Positions 1 to 13,735 of a stretch of DNA of 64,000 bases are shown here, one piece after another. The notes below the pieces were generated by a model. That model did not search any database. It was given only the letters and a program-made list of their open reading frames with translations, and had not been told where the DNA came from. A program made the position numbers and the translations under genes. The stretch lies in contig NC_043003.1 of assembly GCF_006345805.1 (NCBI RefSeq), forward strand, positions 46,686,001 to 46,750,000, read 5' to 3'. The DNA comes from Octopus sinensis. Taxonomy: Eukaryota. Each line of letters begins with the position of its first letter. The stretch's first letter is position 1.

Positions 1-2735
1 ACGAAAGGCCTTGTAAGCAAGGTATAGAAGTGGTACCTTTGTTACTGTGTTGATGAGGGGTTCGCCTTACACTCATGAAGTCCCAGGCTCTGTGTGACAT
101 TTTGGTAAATATCTTTTACCTTAACATCGGGTCGTTCCACGTCATATGAACCAAATTCAATAGACGGAAACTGTACGGAAGTCCATCAGATCGATTTTAT
201 CTTATACACACACACACACGTTACATATTGTGTAATTCTCATTCTGCTTGGAGATTAGATTAAGGTCATAATTGTCTGTGGAATATGCAACCATTTACAC
301 ATTAAATCACTGAGTAAGTTATTCGATTGATTGAAAAACTGAAAACACTGAACGTTCATCGCCCAAATCAGTGTAGAATCCCTTTTAGCCTCCGCCCCAC
401 AGTGCTGGCTGGTTCATGCTGCTGCCACCCAGGCATTATTAATTCACTTGTTTCTTCTCTCATGAGCTTTGTTACGTCCAAACACCCATATTCTGCACTA
501 ATCGCCACTCCCAGTTCTTTCCTTCCCCGAATTCCTGCTAATTTTCTCTCTCCTGATATCATTCCTGTAGGTGAGAACTTACAAAGGTTTAAGAGAACCA
601 TTAATGAGATCAATCTCATTATGAAGGTCATGGACGCGGCTCCTTCCTCCAGACTACAAGAAAATAGAAAGAAAAACATTATCGATTTTACCGAAAATCA
701 TTGTTTGATTACTGATTTATTTAAATATAATACCTGAAAAAAAAAGAACAGTTTCATAATAAAGTTTTCATACAGTAATCAATCACATGAAAACTTCGAA
801 GAAAAAGTTCACATTTGAAACAATTTACAGCAATTGTAACAAACTTGCGGCAACTGTAGCAAATTGTAGTAAATATTCTAATGAAATAGAAAAGATCGAT
901 CATAAGATTAGATCTATACCAAAAATCTTCAAATCCATATCATATAGTCTCAAGGCGCAAATCAGGACTTCCATCTTTAAGAAATAGAAACATTTGTACA
1001 GGATTCAGAACGGTGCCATTTTCACCCAGTTAACAACCATACAGCCATTAACGAAAGTAGTTCAGACTCAGTAATGTAGATCTTACTATGTCACGAAATC
1101 ACGTGATCTGATGGTTTTGGCACTGGAGGTGGTGGGGAATTTATTTCCCCGTTAGTGATATCAGCAAAAATCAATATGAGAGTTTCTCTCATGGTAATTA
1201 CCGCGGTGTAGTTTGGTGCAACAGAACACCCAAGTTTCAGTGGGGATAATTGTTACCTACTACGTCACAAGAAATATACAATAAATCTCAGATTAAACAA
1301 GTCTACAACGAAATATGTTTGTCAGTAAGGGTGTGATATTGGTGAAAAGCTACCGAGCTGTCCCTTTACTTACATTTGATGTCGTATTGGTGGAATAAAC
1401 CTAGATCACTTCACAACCTCACCTTAACATTGGAAACATTAAATGATGATTGTTTTGTATGTATGTATGTATGTATGTATGTATGTATGTATGTACGTAC
1501 ATATCTATGTACGTGTTTGTTCTTTAATTCAAATTTGTTTTCAGCCATGTTTTACCATGTGGTTGTTGCGTATGTTGTTAAACTGAATGTGTATCTTAGG
1601 TACTGTATTTGCGGATTAATGTCTGTCTTCTGTCTATTTGTCCGTCTGTTTGTCTGTCTATCTTACTGTCTATTAGTTTTTATGTATGTATGTATGTATG
1701 TATGTATGCATGCATGCATGTATCTATGTTTGTATGTACGTATGTATCTGTGATTGAATTTGTAAACGAAGAGAAAAGTAGCTTTTATGAAAACGATCAT
1801 CCCAGGATAAGGAAGAACGTGCGTAATCTTGGTTAATGCATGTATGCATTTAACCAGCCAGTCATTCAAACACAAATATATCCCTATATTTATTAATCCA
1901 TTCGTCTGTACATCAATCGCTTCATCAGTCCATCTATCCATCCATCCAACAATCAATCAACCTATCCACCTGTCTATCCATCATTCAACTATATTGTCTC
2001 TCCATTCATTCATCAATCGATACAAATATGCATATATACATGCATGCACAGATATATATATATATATATATCTCCATCCTTTCATACATACATACACACA
2101 TACATACACACATACATACATACATACACATACATACATACATACATACATACACACATACATACATAGATACATACATACATACATACATAACCGAGAG
2201 AAGTCGGCTCAATAATGAGAATGACCTTAGCTTGTTAATGAGGTGCAAAGCAATGATGACTCTTTAAGCCAGCTGGCGATTTGCATCTTTTACCGCAACT
2301 GTTACATAAACCTTTCTCCGCACTTAAGTACAATGCACAATTATGACACTTGGTAGATGTGTCTTCTATTAAACCAATAGAAAAATAACGTTCGTCATAC
2401 AATTATCATACAAATTCTTTCAAGTATTAATCATATATATTTGTTTCAAGTATTCTTGAATGAATAACAAGACTATACCATCAAGGACAAAGGCGCTTAC
2501 TAGTTGATCATTTAAAGTCATTATTGATATCTATAGGATTTCAATTTTCTTGCATCCCGTTTTAGTTCTTTGCGAAATGACTAGACGCATTGAGTATTTT
2601 TGTATTCCATGATGCCCAATCAGTTGCAATTTTTCGTCACCTTTCCACATGAAAGCTTCCGCGTCAAATTAGATTTGAAGCAGTTTTTGCATCTTCGGTT
2701 TGTGCGTGAGTTTCTGTTTCCAAGAACAAAGTCCT

Positions 2736-2942
2736 TTACTTTTTTTTACTTGTTTCGGTAATTTGACTGTGGCCATGCTGGAGCACCGCCTCTAGGTCGA
2801 GCAAATCGACTCCAGGACTTATTCTTTGTAAGCCTAGTACTTATTCTACCGGTCTCTTTTGCCGAACCGTTAAGTTACGGGGACATAAACACACCAGCAT
2901 CGGTTGTCAAGCGATTTCGGGGGGACAAACACAGACACACAA

Positions 2943-3017
<75 letters not shown>

Positions 3018-3186
3018 CATACATATACGACGGGCTTCTTTCCGTCTACCAATTCCACTCACAAGGCTTTGGTCGGTTCGAGGCTATAGCAGAAGATACT
3101 TGCCCAAGGTGCCACGCAGTGGGACTGAACCCGGAACCATGTGGTTGGTAAGCAAGCTACTTACCACACAGCCACTCCTACGCCTT
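2736..3186 (-). mobile_element. SINE family A (tRNA-like head, CORE-like CCTTGGGCAAG segment, internal (TA)n(TG)n, AAAGAGT-type tail)
   Basis: About 20 homologous copies in the window. The sense head GGAGTGGCTGTGTGGTAAG...GGTTCAGTCCC has A/B-box-like motifs. Confidence 0.85.
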
Positions 3187-3221
3187 TAGAGAACTTAACA
3201 TTAAGGTCGTTTGGCAATCAA

Positions 3222-5593
3222 TAGGCTGAAGATTGTTTTCTATCGCAACATGTTGAATATCGACAAGGCATCGGTCTGGGCAACAGCCATCTATGCTAGA
3301 TCTGGTTTCTCCCCCCGCTATCCAAGATCAGTGTCAGGACGTATCTGTGTGCGCCCCTCTTGCCAAGAGTGATCATGCGGTCCTGAAGTTCGTCATGCAC
3401 ACAACTTTTTCCACGCCCACGATTACTTCGCTGCCACGTAGAGTCTTCTCTGCAATTAATCTTGAAATTCTAACCGAGGCTTCCGCGCTTCTGGACTGGC
3501 GTTCCCTGATGACGTTGTCCTCAGTTGACGAACTATGGTCATCCCTCAAAGCATATGTAATCTGTTTGACTGACCAGGCAGTTCCTGTTGGACTTCCCAA
3601 GAGGAAGAAACACAAGCCCTGGGTGACGAAGAAGGTTAAACGAGAACGTCGACTCAGAGATATTGCTTGGGCTGAATTCAAAAATCTGGATTCGACTGCA
3701 GCTTTTGAGGTGTACAAAACTCAACGAGACCGAGCCGTGAAAATTGAAAAGAAAGAACGCTTCAGTTATGAATACAAAATCGCGGCAAATGCCAGTAGCA
3801 ATCCAAAAACCTTCTTTGCCCATGTCCAGCGGAATTCCCGCTTGAACAACCAGATTGCAACGTTGGTAGACTCAACAGGCGTATCGATTGAGGACCCTTA
3901 TCAACAGAGTCAATTATTTGCCGAGGCTTTTTCAACTATTTTCAAACAAGATGATGGTCGTGAACCCCCTCCATTTGATAGATCGGTACCTCCAATGCTT
4001 CGATTGATCATCACGCGGGACCAAGTCAAACGTGTGTTATTCAAGGCCTCGATGTCAACAAGGGTCACGGCCCTGACGGCATACACCCACGGGTTATCAA
4101 AGCGTTGGCTCGGTCATCTGCGAGCCCTTAACACGACTATTCAATATGTCATTGGCGACGGGTGTTATACCTGCAGACTGGAGAACAGCGATAATCTGCC
4201 CAATTTTCAAGAAAGGGAGCCGCGAAGACCCGCTTAACTACCGACCGGTTTCCCTTACATCAATAATCAGCAAGATGTTCGAAACCATCCTTAGAAAAGT
4301 ATGATGCTCCACCTCCTAAACACAGCCTCGATCACTGATTCCCAACACGGCTTCGTGCCGAAGAGATCATGCTTGACCAACTTACTAGTAATGGAAGAAT
4401 TGGTGACGCGCATCCTCGATGATAGTGATGCTGTTGACATCGTTTTATTGGACTTTGCCAAAGCTTTTGACTCGGTAAACCACCGCCTACTACTTGTCAA
4501 GCTTCAAGCATATAGTTTCTATCCGGATATTGTACGATGGGGTGGTGTGCCTTCCTCTCAGATCGCTCCTTCCAAGTTCAAGTTAATGGTTCGCGGTCCG
4601 ACGTCTCCAGTGCGAGCAGTGGCGTGCCTCAAGGTTCAGTGCTTGGGCCCTTGTGTTCTTAGTCTTCATAAATGACTTGCCCGACGACCTCACGCAACAC
4701 ACCCTTCTATTTGCCGACGATATCAAACTGGTCGCTCCTCGCGGGTATAGAGATCTTCGTCGATGCCTCCACCAAATTGGAAGTGGTCTAACGATTGGGA
4801 CCTGCGTCTGAACGTGTCAAAGTGCTGTCATCTGCCTGTCGGCTCTACTCCTGCAACTCAACTTGATTTCGAGCCGGGTCGTCTGCTGCTGGAGAGGACC
4901 GATCAGGTAAAGGACCTGGGTATCTTGGTGGATTCCTCCTTTTCGCCTTCGGCCCAGTGCGTCCATGCTGCCAACAAAGCGCGCGGAATTCTTTTTTTGA
5001 TTCGACGGTCATTCTGAATGCTCACAGCAGCCATATTCCTGCCACTCTATGTCACGCTGGTGAGACCCATATTGGAGTATGGGATTCAAGCCTCTTCTCC
5101 TTATCTCCTCAAAGACATACAGCACCTCGAAAGAGTCCAGAGGCTGGCTACCCGCATGGTTCATGGTCTCAAAAATTTGTCCTACGAAGAAAGGCTGAGG
5201 ACGCTCGATCTTTGTTCTCTTGAAAAAACGCCGCGCCGTGGTGATCTCATTCTCGCCCACAACATCATAAGCGGGAAGTGTAACCTCTCGAAAGAGCTGT
5301 TCTTCACTCCTGCTCCGGAGCGTCGGCTGCGGGGTCATTCCGAAAAGCTCTACCTGCGACGATTTCATCTCAATCGAAGGAGAGGAGCTTTCTCCGTCCG
5401 GGTTGCGGATCCGTGGAACAAGCTGCCAGACGAGATGGTAAAGATGCCGACGACCGCTTTGTTCAAAGCCTCCTTGGACCTCAAGTGGCCTGAACTCTTT
5501 ACATGAACACCACCCTGTACTTAACTCCATGTCCCCATACATGGCCTTGCTATTTGCTTTTGAGCCAAATTAACTAACTAACTAACTAACTAA
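3222..5593 (+). mobile_element. CR1-type non-LTR retrotransposon (LINE), 5'-truncated inside the AP endonuclease domain; ORF2 broken by several 1-bp indels and one TGA (5015-5017)
   Basis: Frames joined by eye give the APE end (LSQHVE.PTR...PSMLDLV, SDHAVL), KGHGPDGIHPRV, AIICPIFKKGSREDPLNYRPVSLTS, QHGFVPKRSCLTNLL, LDFAKAFDSVNH, SGVPQGSVLGP, LFADDIKL and ERVQRLATRMVHGLKNLSYEERL. A 3' (AACT)n tail lies at about 5572-5593. GC is visibly above the flanks. Confidence 0.93.
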
Positions 5594-5773
5594 ATTGTTG
5601 TTTTTTTTTTCATTAGGGGACCTCGAGGCTTGCATAAAGCTACAAATAATAGCAAGAAAATATCAGGTTGAAAACCCCTTGTGGATCGGAAAAGTGCAAG
5701 GCAATATTCAAGCCGATATTTACAAGCTATTATTTATAATCTTATACGAGGCTCGAGAGCCACTTTTCTCCAA

Positions 5774-5817
<44 letters not shown>

Positions 5818-5874
5818 TGTGTGTGTGTGTGTGTGTGTGTATGTATAGATATGGACGTATATATATCATATATA

Positions 5875-5925
<51 letters not shown>

Positions 5926-6240
5926 ATATATTATTTATATATACATACATTCAATTATTTAAAATACATACTGGTTTCAAATTTTGACAACCTGCCTATA
6001 ATTTCGAGAGAAGGGAAAAGTCGATTAGATCGATCCAAGCATACAGTTGCTACTCAATTTATCGACCCCTTAAAATGGATTAAAAGCAAAAACTGGTTTT
6101 GACAGAATTTGAACTTAGTATGTAAAGGCGGACGAAAAGCCGCTCAGTAGTTTGGCTAGCGGCGCAAACGATTCTGCCAGTACGTCGCCTTATTTAATAT
6201 GCATATATTAAAAAGTATATATATTAATATATATTCAATG

Positions 6241-6482
6241 TATCTTTTATCTTTTACTTGTTTTAGTCATTAAAACTGTGGCCATGCTGGGGCAACTCCT
6301 TGAAGAATTTTCAGTACTTATTTTTCTAAGTTTGGTACTTATTCTATCGGTATCCTTTGCCGAACCAAAAGATTACGGAATGTAAACACACCAACACTAG
6401 TTGTCAAGTGGTGGTGGTGGTAGTGGTGGTGGTGGTGGTAGTGGTGGTGGTGGATGTGGTGGGGAAACAAGTAAACAAACAA

Positions 6483-6515
<33 letters not shown>

Positions 6516-6681
6516 AATATATGCAACGGTCTACTTTCAGTTTCTTTTTACCAAACACATTCACACGGCCTTGATCAGCTCGAGGCTGTATAGTAGAAGA
6601 CACTTACCCAAGTTGCCACGGAGTGGGACTGAACCCGGAACCATATGGTTACGAAGCAAGTTTCTTACCATACAGCCACAC
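6241..6681 (-). mobile_element. SINE family A, older copy
   Basis: Homology to 2736-3186. Confidence 0.8.
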
Positions 6682-6691
6682 ACACACATAC

Positions 6692-6692
<1 letters not shown>

Positions 6693-6777
<85 letters not shown>

Positions 6778-6778
6778 G
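6693..6778. repeat. (GATA)n microsatellite
   Basis: Direct reading. Confidence 0.98.
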
Positions 6779-7099
6779 TATGTGTGTGTGTATGTACACA
6801 CGCACACAGGCTCGCACATAATCTGTGTGTTTTTCAGGCAAGGCACATATCTATATTTCTTGTTTCGTTGAGAGAGTGCGTAGGCTTCTTCAATTTTCTT
6901 TTTTTTTTTTAATATATGCACTCATATTCTTTTATTTATTTTTTTGTTAAAAATAATATTCTGAGACAGCGTCACGTAGACCACATCAAGTTTTTTCGTC
7001 ATTGAAGGGGGCTTCCCCAGCAGGTCTAGCCGCTGTCGCAGTATTTCTCACTTGAGGTGTGAATAGATCAAGTGGTTTTCTTTTACATCTATATAAGTA

Positions 7100-7219
7100 C
7101 ACATGCACGTACACCACGCACGTATACTCACTCACACACGCACACACACCTACATACACAAACACAGACACACGCAAATAGTCATAAATGCGTGTGTATT
7201 TGAATGAATGTACTATACA

Positions 7220-7259
<40 letters not shown>

Positions 7260-7360
7260 TATATATATATAAAGGTGCACATATGTGTGCTTGTTTGAAT
7301 GTTGTATGTTGGAGAATACCTATACATATATAAGTGCATATATATATATATATATATATT

Positions 7361-7402
<42 letters not shown>

Positions 7403-7538
7403 CTATATACTATACATATATATATATATATATACATACTTATATAATATATAATATATATATATATGTATATGTATATATATACGTATGTATATATAAC
7501 ATACACACACATATTTATACATATACATAACTATATAT

Positions 7539-7584
<46 letters not shown>

Positions 7585-8006
7585 GCAAATATATATATAT
7601 GTGTGTGTGTGTGTGTGTAATATGTGTGTATGCAGGTGTTTTGTTTATGTGTGTATGTGTCCTCTGAAGTCGTCACATCACTCATATTCAGCCACCATCA
7701 CATTATCACATATGCAACAACAGACCAGAAATATGTTACTCTGTGGTCTGTACTATACACCTCAATGTGTGTAGAAAGTGCTTAGAAATCGGAAGTTAAT
7801 AATTATCTCATACGAAATCTCTCATGTATTCTACCGCTCACACCTCTCTCACGTAGACACACGCGCACACACACTCACACTCAGCCACATACATACACAC
7901 ACACACACATTAAAATATACAAAGTCATCCACACCCTTACACTCATCTTACACTCATAATCACTTCTGCAAACGTACAAATTTTTTTTCCTACACACACA
8001 CACACA

Positions 8007-8087
<81 letters not shown>

Positions 8088-8400
8088 TATACATATATAT
8101 ATATATACACTACGTATATGTGTATGGGTGCCCATGTTCTCCCTTAGACCTTATTTACACACACACACACACACACACACGCATAGCACTCACCACCCAA
8201 TATGCACGTTTATACAGATAGCTACGCACATTTTTACATACTTACGTTCAGTCTACAACCTTATTTTCTCTATGAACACACGCACACACCCATATACAAA
8301 CACACACACACACTTTTGCACGTGCGTACTCACTCGATCATACTCACACACACACATACACACATACAAACACACACACACAATAAAATTGCACACAAAA
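7100..8400. repeat. Compound (TA)n/(CA)n microsatellite field
   Basis: Direct reading. Confidence 0.95.
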
Positions 8401-9575
8401 ACAAATATTCTTTGCTAAGCATAATTCTAGTTGGTCACTTTCTATAGATATCCTCTTTGTGCCAAAGACATGGCTTCTCTGTTGTTACTTACCCTGTTCA
8501 GTATAGCAGTGAAAGCTTCCTCAAATTATGCTACATCGTATTAAAAAGAAAGGATGTCGCATGCTAAGATATCTACAAAAGGAGGATTCAAAAGCACCAA
8601 CAACCCTGTCTTTTCTCAATACACTTACACATAGACACATATCGAAGTCCAGGCTTCCATACTTAAAGTGGTCGAACTAAAAATATTACTTAAACAATTG
8701 AAATTATAACTGTAAGAAGAAAAGTAATTAGTGTTAATGAAAATTACTCTGAAAAGAAGCAAGGGCCAATACTCTTGGAATTTCAGTTTAGAAAGAGGAA
8801 ATAGAAATGTGGATGAGGATGGTGGGACAATGTTTCGATTGTATTGTCAGTGCGAAACACAAGTGCTGAAATCTCATGACTACTAACAATAACTTTGAAA
8901 GTTGGAAACTGTTATGTCGCAATACTACACAGTGGATGTGTGAGCTACGAAATCCTCGTCGCCACTGTTATGTCGCACTTTCAGATGCCTTCTACTCAAC
9001 TCTGCTCTACTCTTCTCTGTTCTAGTCTCAACTGTTCTTCACTCTACTTTGTTCTAGTCTGAACTCTGACGTCTAGGCTTCTCCCACTATATCTACGTAT
9101 TTGGGCTAGCCTACTTCGTCGTCTGGGGACGTCTACACAACTGAAACATTTACGGTTCATTTACCTATTTGTATAATATACTTTAAATTGATCTTATAAA
9201 GGCTGTGCAATGAATGCATATAATCTATTTTTACGTATTTGAAGTCTCTCTGAAGCGAAGGAGCAGGACTCTGACAAAGATACAAAGTTTCGTTGTTAGA
9301 AAGTTGATAACAAAATAGTGTTAACTTTTGAACTTGAGAAAAATCTTGCATAACTTTCCTGTTCCGCTTACAGTTTGTATTTATAATGTGCGTATTAGCT
9401 GGTTGCTTTCTTTTTCTGAAAATCCTTGGTTTTCCAGATTGTGACTTAGTCATTTACAAACAAAACAAATGCATCAATTACGATTGGTATAAATGCGAAT
9501 TTACGGTTTGGTTATAGAAACTGAGGGTTTCGAAGTAATGGTTCGTAGTTATCTTCTTTCTCTTTGATTTTCAAG

Positions 9576-9638
9576 GAGGCAATCACAACATGGCAGCTGA
9601 ACTCTATGAGATTGCCGATCTCATAAGATTTATGCACG
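9576..9638 (+). CDS. Candidate 63-nt internal coding exon (phase 1-1), peptide GGNHNMAAELYEIADLIRFMH; protein not recognised
   Basis: Pyrimidine-rich acceptor TCTTCTTTCTCTTTGATTTTCAAG, donor CACG/GTATAA and an open frame. No homology check was possible. Confidence 0.3.
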
Positions 9639-9994
9639 GTATAAATTTTAATAGAAATTAGTTTCTCTGTGATGTCCCATGTCATGTGGTTTGGATTATT
9701 TTTGATTAGGGTTTCAATTTAGTCATCATCAATGACTGGAGGATAGAATGTTCACGGTTCAGAACTTAGCAAATTCCAGAACTTAGCAAACCATTTAAGA
9801 ACAGTCCTCTCAGCTATGGCACTATCTCCATAAACTGCACATATCTTTTTTCACAGTTTGTGCAGCATTTAATCTTTTATTGAAATAAAACAGAATCAAA
9901 TGACGGAAACGTATCTAGTTTTCCTCTATTTTGACTTTTAGCGTAAAACATTACAAATAAAGTATTGATACATTGTCAAAGAATTGGTGATGAG

Positions 9995-11055
9995 ACTCAA
10001 TTGCTTTACGTCATCAACGAAGGTGAGGGGTTGTTGGACCATTCCTAAGCTACTGTGGTTTGTGATTAAGTATGCCAGGGGGTTCAGTGAGAGTAGAAAG
10101 ACTAGTTCTGAGAAGCTATGACCTTGAAGGATGTCTTTCTGGTAGTGTGTAGTGTTAGATTTGAAGTCATCATAGTCACCTCAAAGAAGGCGGTGTACCA
10201 GCTTTTAGTTAGGTGGTGGATGGCAGCTTCTAGTGGTAGTGGTACTTTGACTAATGGCAGTGCTTGGATAATCAACCCATTTGGTATACTCTCAAGGGCT
10301 ATTTGATAGTCCAGCCACACCATAGCCAAGTTTTGGAATTCTTTACTGCTTTTTCTGTATAATTTTGTTAACTAGTAGGTGTTCAATACACCCACCACTC
10401 TTCTTTCTTTCCCTCAGTTTGTTGTGGTACAATGGCCCTGTAAAAACAAATTGAGACAACCAGTGTTCATTTCATATACGCTCTTTTAACGGGCTACACC
10501 TCTAATACTACTACCAATACTAGTCACTAACAACAATAATCACAAACTAACATTACTGTTAATTATACTACCAGTTAATATCACCATTGTTACTATTAAT
10601 ACATTTTCACTGCACTACTACCACCACCGCCGCCGCCGCCACCACCATTGCCTCCTCCTCCACCACCACCACCACCACCGGGCGGTGATATGGTGATATT
10701 TAGCTTCGATGGTTTAATTATTTTGCGGGATGAGACAGCTGATGGTTGTTGACAGCCATGTAGGTATGTGTAATGTGCCATTGACACTGCATACCGTCTT
10801 ACTAAATCTCACCGATAGAAGTTGAGGGCTTTTTAACCAACAACCTGAAATAAGGTCTGGATCTGGGGATTTCCTGTTTGGTATTTTTCTCAGGACCGTT
10901 TCAAGTCGATTTTGCAGTGTTTTCGTTGAACATCATTGTAATATCCCAGTTCTATCTCATCTATCCATTTAGCTTTTTCATGGAACTCACCATTCCTCTT
11001 CTAAATTAATCTCCGATAACTTTCCATTTGTTCTGCTGACGAGATTTTTCTCACT
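9995..11055 (-). pseudogene. Degenerate reverse transcriptase fossil of an R4/Dong-like non-LTR retrotransposon, interrupted at about 10500-10680
   Basis: Collinear minus-strand peptides: FHEKAKWIDEIEL, KIPNRKSPDPDLISGCWLK, HIPTWLSTTISCLIP, GCIEHLLVNKII, MVWLDYQIALESIP, DILQGHSFSELVFLLSLNP and TFVDDVKQL (9998-10021). Clade assignment is from recalled motif similarity. Confidence 0.75.
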
Positions 11056-11861
11056 GATAATCTGCTTTTTGTTTTCTTTTTCTTTTTTTTCTTTTTCTTT
11101 TTTTCTTTCTCTTTTTTTGAAGCTGCGATAGACTGACTTGATCCCTAGATAACAATATATTCCGAAGTTTTCCTTTTATACTCCGCAGACTTTTAATTTC
11201 TCAGCTGTCGCCGTATTTCTTGCTTCAGGTGGTGGAGTTCGAAATTTAAGGTTTTGGCTTTTGAATCTCCAAACTACTTCCCTAGTCCATCTTTTAACCG
11301 TTCTTGATGTTTCTGAATTTGTTGGTGATGTTTCTGAATTTGTTGATGATTTTTCCACTTGATAGCTACGATAACCAGCGAGATAATTTTACGAAGAAAC
11401 AGAATTTTATTTTATATATATGCATGTATGTGAGCGTGTGTGTATTGTCACCGTCTGACACAGTGCTGCCACACAAAATCCTAATATCCAATCACCTCTA
11501 TTACGATTAGCACGATGATGTTGAAAATGGTTCAAAGAGCGGGAAACATGATTTTAATAATCGTTCAAACTGCTCTGATTGGAAATGTGATGGTGGCGGT
11601 GGTTGGCGCGGCAGCAGCAGTTGTGGTGACGGCGGTGGCGGCGGCGGCGGCGATGGTGGTGCTGGTGATGGTGGTGCTGGTGATGGTGATGGTGGTGGTG
11701 GTTGTGGAGGCGATGGTGGTGGCGGCGGCGGTGGTGGTAGTAGTAGTGCAGTGAAAAAATGTATTAATAGTAACAATGGTGATATTAACTGGTAGTATAA
11801 TTAACAGTAATGTTAGTTTGTGATTATTGTTGTTAGTGACTAGTATTGGTATTAGTATTAG
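10502..11861. repeat. Near-identical inverted repeat of about 147 bp (10502-10648 and 11713-11861)
   Basis: CTAATACTA(C/A)TACCAATACTAGTCACTAACAAC... matches the reverse complement almost perfectly. Confidence 0.92.
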
Positions 11862-12200
11862 TGGTGTGGTGGTGTTAATTGTAGTGTTGTTGTTAAGTCG
11901 TAGGACGATACAGATGTGACAGGCTTTCGATCAAAACCATTCCGTCAATAACCGTCCCGTCTTTCAATTCCAGATATCATTCATTAAATACATAATTATT
12001 TCTACCAGAGATACAAAGGCTGAAATTTGGTGGGTGGAGGGGCATGGTCGGTTACATCAGCCCCCAGAGTTCAACTGGTATTTATTTTATTGATCTTGAA
12101 AGGATGAAAAGCAAAGTAGACCTTGGCGGAATTCAACTCAGATCGAAACAAGAAATGGGAGAAATGTTACTGAGGATGTTGTCCGACATGTCACCGCTGT

Positions 12201-12583
12201 GGAAGCACTCCGTCGGTTACGACGACGAGGGTTCCGGTTGGTCCGAATCAACGGAACAGCCTGCTCGTGAAATTAACGTGTAAGTGGCTGAGCACTCCAC
12301 AGACACGTGTACCCTTAACGTAGTTCTCGGGGATATTCAGCGTGACACAGAGAGTGACAAGGCCGGCCCTTTGAAATACAGGTACAACAGAAACAGGAAG
12401 TAAGAGTGAGAGAAAGTTGTGGTGAAAGAGTACAGCAGGGATCACCACCATCCCCTGCCGGAGCCTCGTGGAGCTTTTAGGTGTTTTCGCTCAATAAACA
12501 CTCACAACGCCCGGTCTGGGAATCGAAACCGCGATCCTATGACCGCGAGTCCGCTGCCCTAACCAGTGGGCCATTGCGCCTCC
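12201..12583 (-). mobile_element. SINE family C, young full-length copy, 15-bp TSD
   Basis: ACATGTCACCGCTGT at 12186-12200 and 12584-12598. tRNA-like head GGCGCAATGGCCCA...GGTTTCGATTCC. Confidence 0.92.
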
Positions 12584-12667
12584 ACATGTCACCGCTGTAT
12601 ATTTAACTCGTCCGTAATGTAATGCAGCGTTCATTTTAAGATGACAAGGTATGATTTAAGGGAAATT

Positions 12668-13076
12668 TAGATGCAGGAGTGGCTGTGTGGTAAGTAGTTT
12701 GCTTACCAAACACATGGTTCCGGGTTCAGTTCCACTGCGTGGCACCTTGGGCAAGTGTCTTCTACTATAGCCTCGGGCCGACCAAAGCTTTGTGAGTGAA
12801 TTTGGTAGACGGAAACTGAAAGGAGCCCGTCGTATATATGTATATGTACATATATGTGTGTGTGTGTGTTTGTGTGTCTGTGTTTTCTCCCACCCCACAT
12901 CACTTCACAACCGATGGTGGTGTGTTTACGTCCCCGTAACATAGTGGTTCGGCAAAAGAAGACCGATAGAATAAGTACTAGGCTTACAAAGAATAAGTTT
13001 TGGGGTCGATGTTATCGACTAAAGGGGGTGCTCCAGCATGGCCGCTGTCAAGTGACTGAAATAAGAGTAAAAGAGC
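12668..13076 (+). mobile_element. SINE family A
   Basis: Full head-to-tail homology. Confidence 0.85.
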
Positions 13077-13439
13077 GGATGAAAGGGCCCCATAAAGGCT
13101 TTGTAATAGTTGTATCAGTGGTGATGTGGTTGGTGCTATAGTAAGGGGTGGGTTAATTAAAAAAACGCCCTACGATTGGTGTCAAATAAGGAGAATTCTA
13201 TGACATATAAATATGGGTTAATTGATCAATTAACATCTCGATGGTGGGGTTGATGTATAGAGTGGTGGTAGCCAGGGTAGATATGAAAGTGCTGTTGTGG
13301 TAGTCGTATAGCTGGTAGGAGTGATGATTATAGTATCGTATTGTGTTAACCGTGGTAGTGGTGATGGGACATTGGGGAGTTAGGTGGCAGTAGAAAGTAT
13401 AGTGTGATTTATTGAGTGGGGTTTTGGTGGTGGTATTGG

Positions 13440-13442
13440 TAC

Positions 13443-13497
<55 letters not shown>

Positions 13498-13735
13498 TCT
13501 GGTGGTAGAGAGGTCAGTATGGTATAGTGTTCATAGTTAACTGGTGATACTAAGAGCGGTGGTAAAGAGTGCATGTGCAGTTGTTCTTGTAGTAGTAGTA
13601 GTAGTAGTAGTAGTATAGTAGTAGTAGTAACAGCAGCAATAATAGTAGTAGTAGTAGTAGCAACAGCAGCAGCAGCAGTCAGTAGTAGTAGTAGTAGTAG
13701 TAGTGTAGTAGTAGTAGTAGTTTTGTTGTTGTTGT
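13440..13735. repeat. (TAG)n/(CAG)n compound trinucleotide repeat
   Basis: Direct reading. Confidence 0.95.

Noticed and set aside
327-737. Overlapping ORFs 327-737(+) and 368-679(-) as complete genes
   Set aside because: No recognisable domain, and mutually exclusive exon readings exist on both strands. Kept only as low-confidence exon candidates.
2625-2725. Minus-strand RRCKNCFKSNLTRKLSCGK as a piggyBac cysteine-rich domain
   Set aside because: It is short, has incomplete Cys spacing, and no transposase or TTAA/TIR is seen.
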